DNA of 33,056 bases from Candidatus Poribacteria bacterium (lineage in GTDB: Bacteria > Poribacteria > WGA-4E > UBA9662), in assembly GCA_046582655.1 (NCBI GenBank), contig JAYGDX010000104.1:1-33056 (forward strand), in the 5' to 3' direction. Every line of letters begins with the position of its first letter. Position 1 is the stretch's first letter. Of this stretch, positions 27,299-33,056 are shown in pieces. The notes under the pieces were generated by a model, which was not told the DNA's origin, ran no database searches, and was given only the letters and a program-made list of their open reading frames with translations. The translations under genes and the position numbers were made by a program.

Positions 27299-27796
27299 TT
27301 ATTTTTCTTGATTATCCTTTTGTGTATCCTTGAATCGGCTGGGGGAAAGTCCAATCATTGTTTCTTTCACTTCTATTGACAGGTCCGAGATTGTCGATCC
27401 GATTTTACTTGTTTCCATCCGCAATAGTTGGATTTCCTCATTTGTTGCTTGCAAATCGCGATGGATCTGAATAACCCCTTTTTTTCGGTACTCTTTGGAA
27501 CTAGTCATCCAAATAATCATGACAATGAAAAACAGTATAAAAAGGATTGTTCCCGACTTCAAAGTAGTCTCCAAAACAGCAACAATTAATGGTTTCGGTT
27601 GCTTGGTTTCCACTTGATGGATTCCTTCTTGTTTACCTTTTTCCAAACCCGCTAAGAACCCTTCATGGTATCCAGCTTTTTTCCCTTTTTCGTAGGCAAC
27701 ATCAATCTTTGCGGAATCATCAATATGGCAACTATAAAGAAGAGGTAGTATGCTTAACAACATCAACCGCACATATACCTTCAATTTATATTTCAT
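27299..27796 (-). CDS. Hypothetical membrane protein / putative lipoprotein
   Basis: Basic N-terminus, hydrophobic stretch and LYSC lipobox. GxxxG run, TM helix (GTILFILFFIVMIIWM) and coiled-coil-like tail. Confidence 0.65.
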   Translation of the reverse strand: MKYKLKVYVRLMLLSILPLLYSCHIDDSAKIDVAYEKGKKAGYHEGFLAGLEKGKQEGIHQVETKQPKPLIVAVLETTLKSGTILFILFFIVMIIWMTSSKEYRKKGVIQIHRDLQATNEEIQLLRMETSKIGSTISDLSIEVKETMIGLSPSRFKDTQKDNQEK

Positions 27797-27821
27797 GCTG
27801 AACTTTTATTTCCTGTCCGTT

Positions 27822-28985
27822 TCAACGATCTACAACTTCCCATCTTTCGCTTTCCCATGATTTTTGTATTGCTGTTTGCACCTGTGCGACTGATAATGCC
27901 TCAGCAAAACCAGGTTTCATTTGCTTCCCATGTTCAATGGCTTTCAGAAAATTGTAGCTTTCAATAACTTTCAAGTCGTCGTAGCCAAGCCCGGTGCCAG
28001 GCGCGGGATTAAACTGCGAGTGAAAAGGGTGTTCAGGCCCACTCAGAACACGAACATAACCGTCATGGTGATTGTTCTCATTTGGCAGATATAGGTTAAG
28101 CTCATTCATTCTCTCAAAATCCCAATTCAAAGCACCATCGGCTCCATTGACTTCAAATGCCATCTGACACTTCAGTCCACTGATTATTCGACACGCTTCC
28201 AACGTGCCGTGAACGCCGTTAGTAAACTGAACCAGTGTACCAACGTAGTCTTCGTTGGTAACATCACCTACCGGCCCACCTTGCTGAACGGTGAAATGTG
28301 TTCCTTTGCCAGGTGTCGGCAGTGGACGTTGAGGTATAAAGGTTTCATAGTTACTCACCGCACGTTTGATAGGACTGATAATCGTCTGAGCCATATCAAT
28401 CACATGAGACATTAGATCTCCCAAAGCCCCCAAACCCGCAAGCTCACGTTGAAAACGCCATGACAACACTGCATGAGGATTACTGGCATAACCAGCAAAG
28501 AATCGCCCTCGATAGTGTGTAATTTGACCTAAGCGTCCTTCTTTGATCAATTGCCGAGCGTACTGCACCAATGGCGACCATCTATAATTATAGCCCACAC
28601 AGGTTAAAACACTTGCTTGTCTTGCTGCATATTCGATATCAATAGTTTCCTGCGGGGTTCGGCCAACCGGTTTTTCACAAAAGATATGTTTCCCCGCTTT
28701 AGCCGCTGCTTGCACGATTTCAAGATGCATACTGTTTGGTGCCGCAATATTTACGATTTCTACATCTGGATTCGAAATCACTTCCTGCCAATCGGTTGTC
28801 TGTCGTTCAAAACCGAAACGATCTTTGGCTTCGCGGCTGCGATCAGTGACCTCATCAGCACAAATGATTAAGCGTGGACGAAGATTGAGGTCAGGGAAAT
28901 GCTGTCCAACGCGAAGATAGCACCGGCTGTGTACTATCCCCATCCATCCCATCCCAATGATACCCACACCAATAATTTTAGCCAT
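27822..28985 (-). CDS. Gfo/Idh/MocA-family oxidoreductase (inositol/levoglucosan dehydrogenase-like)
   Basis: 'GIIGMGWMG', 'AAPNSMH', 'CEKPVG', 'VGYNYR', 'SWRF' and '[12 protein letters not shown]'. Confidence 0.92.
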   Translation of the reverse strand: MAKIIGVGIIGMGWMGIVHSRCYLRVGQHFPDLNLRPRLIICADEVTDRSREAKDRFGFERQTTDWQEVISNPDVEIVNIAAPNSMHLEIVQAAAKAGKHIFCEKPVGRTPQETIDIEYAARQASVLTCVGYNYRWSPLVQYARQLIKEGRLGQITHYRGRFFAGYASNPHAVLSWRFQRELAGLGALGDLMSHVIDMAQTIISPIKRAVSNYETFIPQRPLPTPGKGTHFTVQQGGPVGDVTNEDYVGTLVQFTNGVHGTLEACRIISGLKCQMAFEVNGADGALNWDFERMNELNLYLPNENNHHDGYVRVLSGPEHPFHSQFNPAPGTGLGYDDLKVIESYNFLKAIEHGKQMKPGFAEALSVAQVQTAIQKSWESERWEVVDR

Positions 28986-29113
28986 AGTTGAACCCAACTT
29001 CCAAATGTTATTTAGTTAATATTGTTTGGTAACAGATAATTATGGATCTACCTACAATCCAATTTTTTCAAACTCGCTCTTCAGTCTAAAGAAGGTAACT
29101 CCTAATAGTCGCT

Positions 29114-30031
29114 TCAAGTTTCTAGTGTCCATCCACCAGTTTCAACCCGTATTGTTTTCGCCCCTTGATACGTGTCGAAAACATTTTTCATCTCTTCGAT
29201 GCTTTCAAAGAAACCAACGAGATGAACAGCCCCAAAGCTTTCACCCGCACGTATCGGCGAGCCACCAATTTCCTGAATCATGCATACATAACCACGTTGA
29301 TGACACCACGCTTCATAGACAATGGATGGATCCAACGCCATTCCTGCCAACCAAGTCCCATTTGGCAATTGATAGGCACGAATAAAGCGTTTTGGGATCT
29401 TGCCCGTTTGGCGTTGATAAAGATAACTCGCATCGGGAGGAAAATCCTCAATAAATGCCTTTGAAGATATATAGTCGTGATAACTTAGGTAGATCCGATC
29501 GAAATCATCCCCTTTTTGGTGCTTGATATGACCCGGCATATCCATCCGTAGTATCAGGCTGTCTATGGCGTTTACACTAGTTACCTTGTCATAAGCCAAA
29601 AACCAACGAACACCATCGGGAAAAACTAACCATTGTTCCCAAAGTGAACCGCCTGTGTAAGGCAAACGGGCCGAGTCCCAGTTAAACCACTGTTGCACAG
29701 CCACAAAACCCCCATCTTCCACAATTTCGTATGGAAGCTTTCTGGCTTGGGTACATATCTGTGGAAGTTCAACATAGCGTTTCGGAATATCTCCGTGTAT
29801 CGCATCACCCCAGTGATAACGGAAGTCCGCAGGCGTTTCTTCATCATCAGCACCCGGCTCAAGTAAAAAATCAACAATACACAAGCCAAAGCTGAGGTCT
29901 GATACACCTGTTCGTTTATCGATAAAACTTCCTGCGCTGACGCCGCTAACATAGCCCTCTGTTTGTATAGTTGCTTGATAACAGTCTGTTTCAATTCTGA
30001 GCGCTTTTTCTTCTTGGTTCACTGTTGCCAT
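29114..30031 (-). CDS. Conserved-looking hypothetical protein (beta-rich, cytoplasmic)
   Basis: 305-aa ORF from ATG 30031, collinear with neighbouring genes. No family recognised with confidence. Confidence 0.75.
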   Translation of the reverse strand: MATVNQEEKALRIETDCYQATIQTEGYVSGVSAGSFIDKRTGVSDLSFGLCIVDFLLEPGADDEETPADFRYHWGDAIHGDIPKRYVELPQICTQARKLPYEIVEDGGFVAVQQWFNWDSARLPYTGGSLWEQWLVFPDGVRWFLAYDKVTSVNAIDSLILRMDMPGHIKHQKGDDFDRIYLSYHDYISSKAFIEDFPPDASYLYQRQTGKIPKRFIRAYQLPNGTWLAGMALDPSIVYEAWCHQRGYVCMIQEIGGSPIRAGESFGAVHLVGFFESIEEMKNVFDTYQGAKTIRVETGGWTLET

Positions 30032-30518
30032 AATTTCTCTTTTTGATTTAATGAAACAAGAAGGCGCCCATATCAAACTGGTTTCTGATAAATATTAACT
30101 GTAATCTCCCATTTTGCCAGCATATGCAATGTTAATTCATTATCGAGGCTTTTACCAGATCAGATTGCTTAAACGTCTCCTAACATTTTTACCTTTTGTA
30201 AGTATCCAAATATATTTTATAATAATGACATATCCAATTTCTAGAACCAGCTGGCACTTCTTATAAAATGAGTTTCCAGCAAGCATCAGGTAGTATTGCG
30301 CAGTCAGTATTTTTAACGTTTGCGAGTGTTGTTAAGTGCTGAACAATTCCGTTTTTATTTGGCTGTTCCTGTTTCAACTGGATAGTGAAAGGACGGATCT
30401 TCTCAAATTTAGGAGCAAAAGATCTTAAACTTTCTGTCCGCAGTATACACAGTTCGGAGTGAATTTGGCCTTTCTTCAAGCTAGTTGTTGTAAGGATACA
30501 GTTTTCCCAATCTGTTCC

Positions 30519-31265
30519 TCATTCAACCACTACTTTACGATTGCTCACGTATGGAGGTTCAAGCATCAGCCTTTGGTCTTCAGATTCCATCTTTCGCCGC
30601 AAATCATCGGAATACCGACCACGTCCCCAAGACAAATGTCCAGGACTGTATTTAATCAGAATTGAACGGCGTGGATGAGTTGATTTCCAAGGTAAAGTGC
30701 CGTGTGTCAATGCCTCGGTAAATATGACGACATCTCCGGCCTTTTGGTGAACACCTACCATGCATTTTGGGTCACCTTCAACAGGAGTGAAGTAAGATGG
30801 CCGACGTACATTGCTCTTATGACTCCCGGGGATACAGCAAAATCCGCCTTGCCCCGACAAAGCATCTGTTAATGCCCAAGAAACAACCGTCAAACCATTA
30901 TACATCCGCCCATTTTTGAAGATGTAATACTGGGCAGGATCATAAGGTTCACCACCACCATGCAAGTTTCCCCCTGCATTTCCCTTTGTCATCAGGATGC
31001 CATAAGCGTGATCAAGCCGAAACTTTGAACCGATGATCTCCCTGAGTAATGGTGTGATTCTTTCATGGTTCAATAAATGACGAAAAGCATCCTTTTCCCA
31101 GTCAAAAAATCCACCGAAGCGTTGAGATTGGATATCTTTGGTTGGCGTTGGGAAATTACGTTGATCTATCAGGTGGTTGAGTATTGCTAGCTGATCTGTG
31201 CTCAGAACATTTTCGATGACTACATATCCCCATAGATCAAAGAGATAACGTTCCTCTTCGTTCAT
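30519..31265 (-). CDS. PhyH-family Fe(II)/2OG enzyme with non-canonical H-G-G motif
   Basis: Start at ATG 31265 (GGAGA RBS). 'EERYLFDLWGY', 'RLDHAY', 'LHGGG', 'IPGSHK', 'FTEALTHGT' and 'RRSILIKYSP'. Confidence 0.92.
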   Translation of the reverse strand: MNEEERYLFDLWGYVVIENVLSTDQLAILNHLIDQRNFPTPTKDIQSQRFGGFFDWEKDAFRHLLNHERITPLLREIIGSKFRLDHAYGILMTKGNAGGNLHGGGEPYDPAQYYIFKNGRMYNGLTVVSWALTDALSGQGGFCCIPGSHKSNVRRPSYFTPVEGDPKCMVGVHQKAGDVVIFTEALTHGTLPWKSTHPRRSILIKYSPGHLSWGRGRYSDDLRRKMESEDQRLMLEPPYVSNRKVVVE

Positions 31266-31278
31266 TTTCTCTCCCGTG

Positions 31279-32136
31279 TCATTTTTCGAGTCGATAGAAC
31301 TTGATAGCATTCTCACAATAGAGTTTGCGTTTCTGCTGGTCCGAGGCACCACTAACTATTTGGTCTAGCACTTCGACCCAACGTGGATACGTTGTCGCCA
31401 GCGTAGAAACTGGCCAATCACCACCGTACGCAATACGGTCCCATCCGAAACACTCAATCGCATAGTTGATATAAGGGCTAATTTCATCAACTGTCCAACT
31501 CTGATGATCTGCAGTTGTAACAACCCCTGAAATTTTACAGTACACATTATCAAAATCAGCAAGAGCTTTAATATCATCGCACCATGAATCAAATACCTTG
31601 TTCTTTATATCAGGAACGCCGATATGATCCAACATAAACTGGAGATCTGGGCATTGCTGAACCATCTTCACGCCACTTGAGAGTTGGTCATGCCTCATGC
31701 AGATGTCGAAACTCAAATTATAGTCGGACAAGATATGTAGACCTTTAATGAAACTCGGTTGTAAACAGAATACATTATCGTCCAAAACATGAAGCAAACG
31801 GCGAACGCCCTTGATTTTTGGAACCTGTACCAACTCATCAAGATAGGGTTTCATTCCAGTTCCTTCCTCAACTGGGGCAAACGCCACGATGCCTTTGATC
31901 CGCGAATCCACTTCGGCTAGCGAGGCAATCCAACTTGCCTCATCAAGCCCCTGTGAAGCAATAGTATCACATTGGACAAAGACCATATCACTAATATCAA
32001 CTTCTTCCGAATGCTGATGAAAATCTTTTAGTAGAAATGATCTATTTAATGGCGGAATATCATTAAGCCAAGGGTAATCAAATCTGTCAATCTGCCACAG
32101 GTGAAGATGGGTATCCACTGCCGAGAAATCTGGCAC
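31279..32136 (-). CDS. Amidohydrolase_2 family, sugar-lactonase-like (L-fucono/L-rhamnono-lactonase group)
   Basis: 'DTHLHLW', 'KGVRR', 'LSFDI', 'LDHIG.P', 'NVYCKISG' and 'FG.DR..YGGDWPV'. GTG start with AGGAG RBS. Confidence 0.9.
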   Translation of the reverse strand: MPDFSAVDTHLHLWQIDRFDYPWLNDIPPLNRSFLLKDFHQHSEEVDISDMVFVQCDTIASQGLDEASWIASLAEVDSRIKGIVAFAPVEEGTGMKPYLDELVQVPKIKGVRRLLHVLDDNVFCLQPSFIKGLHILSDYNLSFDICMRHDQLSSGVKMVQQCPDLQFMLDHIGVPDIKNKVFDSWCDDIKALADFDNVYCKISGVVTTADHQSWTVDEISPYINYAIECFGWDRIAYGGDWPVSTLATTYPRWVEVLDQIVSGASDQQKRKLYCENAIKFYRLEK

Positions 32137-32231
32137 TTTACTCTCCTTACAATCTATTTACCGCAAAAGGTTTAGGGTGTAATTAAGTTAATAGTACACA
32201 ATTGATTCTTTATTATTGTCCTGTTTATCAG

Positions 32232-32260
32232 TTGCAAAAATTGAAGACCTCTTTTACAAT
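32232..32260 (+). promoter_or_regulatory. Sigma70-like promoter upstream of the permease gene
   Basis: TTGCAA (32232-32237), 17-nt spacer, TACAAT (32255-32260). Confidence 0.5.
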
Positions 32261-32356
32261 CCCTTGGTGTTGCACAACCTGAAACACCGCAAAATTTTTG
32301 AGATTATACCCAATCTCTTTTCATAGATCAAGCAGTAAGAACCCAGAAAAAAACAG

Positions 32357-32884
32357 ATGCTAAAGCGGCTCACCATACATTTGAATTTGAGAACTTATAC
32401 CATGTTGCTGGCGCTTGTCAGTATCGGGGTCATCTTTACTGTGATTACCGACGGCACATTCATCAGTAGTCGGAATCTATCTAATCTCTCACGTCAGACA
32501 TCTGTCACAGCAATCCTTTCTATCGGAATGGTACTGATCATCGTTTCAGGTAATATAGATCTATCAGTTGGTTTTGGATCAGGACTACTGGGTGCGATTG
32601 TCGCTGTCATTCACGTCTGGTTTGATCAAAGCGTGTTAGTCGCGATGTTAATTGCTTTATTAATTGGTATTCTGATCGGTATTCTTCATGGATTTCTTAT
32701 TGCTTACCAACGCGTACCGGCTTTTATCGTTACGCTCGGAGGGTTTATGGTGTATCGTGGACTGATGCTGGCAATCACACACGACGAAACCATCATGCTG
32801 CCCAACGGTTGGCTCAAAATGCTTGGCAACTCCTACTTACCGAAGTCAGTTGGTTGGATACTAGGGTCTGTTAACATTCATTGA
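32357..32884 (+). pseudogene. Sugar ABC transporter permease (XylH/GguB-like), truncated by IS insertion
   Basis: 'RNLSNL.RQ', 'IGMVLIIVSGNIDLSVG' and 'VPAFIVTLGG...RG'. Only 175 aa, about half the normal length. The last residues (GSVNIH*) derive from the IS end. Confidence 0.85.
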
Positions 32885-33056
32885 TCGTTAGTGTCTTCTA
32901 TGGCCATTGGAGGAAAGACCTTATGAACAGAAAACTATTGCGAAACAACCAGTGGGAAGGCATCAAGGATCTTCTGCCAGGCAAGGAGGGTGACCCTGGC
33001 AAGACCGGCGCGGACAACCGATTGTTGATTGAGGCTGTGCTGTGGATTGCACGGAC
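32864..33056 (+). mobile_element. IS5-family (IS427-like group) insertion sequence, left end; runs off window
   Basis: GGGTCTGTTAACA end directly after (C)TA(G) at 32861-32864, followed by the transposase start. The boundary is uncertain by 1-2 nt. Confidence 0.8.
32923..33056 (+). CDS. IS5-family transposase, N-terminal part (DUF4096-like)
   Basis: Not in ORF track. Manual translation MNRKLLRNNQWEGIKDLLPGKEGDPGKTGADNRLLIEAVLWIAR. GGAGG RBS at 32909-32913. Confidence 0.88.
   Translation, partial: MNRKLLRNNQWEGIKDLLPGKEGDPGKTGADNRLLIEAVLWIAR

Noticed and set aside
30261..30479. 72-aa minus-strand ORF
   Set aside because: No recognisable motif or clear RBS; may be spurious or a remnant.
350..31592. 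Numerous 60-155 aa ORFs overlapping or antisense to the called genes
   Set aside because: These are shadow frames of well-supported CDSs, with no motifs of their own.
1..33056. CRISPR array, tRNA or rRNA genes
   Set aside because: No regularly spaced repeats, cloverleaf or rRNA-like sequence was seen by eye.

Overview
Bacterial accessory, catabolic-looking window of moderate GC. By inference it resembles Ca. Poribacteria, given the many PhyH paralogues and exported proteins ending in a V-x-x-x-G-K-L-x-x-x-W-x-x-L-K tail. (1) 1-3410: four minus-strand exported proteins (LamG-like partial, GATase-like fold, DUF1080-like, CBM9-like). The three complete ones share the C-terminal tail. A small ribbon-helix-helix ORF and a perfect 22-bp LacI-type palindrome lie among them. 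(2) 3411-4451: AT-rich gap with a decayed copy of the tail next to a 14-bp tandem duplication. (3) 4452-16024: 12 minus-strand genes (5 PhyH Fe/2OG oxygenases, RraA/HMG aldolase, 2 SDRs, D-2-hydroxyacid dehydrogenase, Zn-ADH, orphan E2 acyltransferase, TIM-barrel isomerase). (4) 16398-23521: divergent operon (TIM barrel, DapA-like, 2 Gfo/Idh/MocA, DUF6807-like, short MetE-like, Ogl-like propeller) preceded by an 88-nt hairpin leader. (5) 23554-32136: PhyH-HEAT fusion, two more PhyH, a candidate structured RNA, BNR protein, lipoprotein, Gfo/Idh/MocA, hypothetical protein and amidohydrolase. (6) A sugar ABC permease interrupted by an IS5-family element at the window end. Best leads: four of the eight PhyH enzymes lack the iron-binding carboxylate (two with the halogenase-type HxG), the candidate C-terminal sorting signal, and two candidate structured RNAs. 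No database searches were run; family calls rest on motif recognition.
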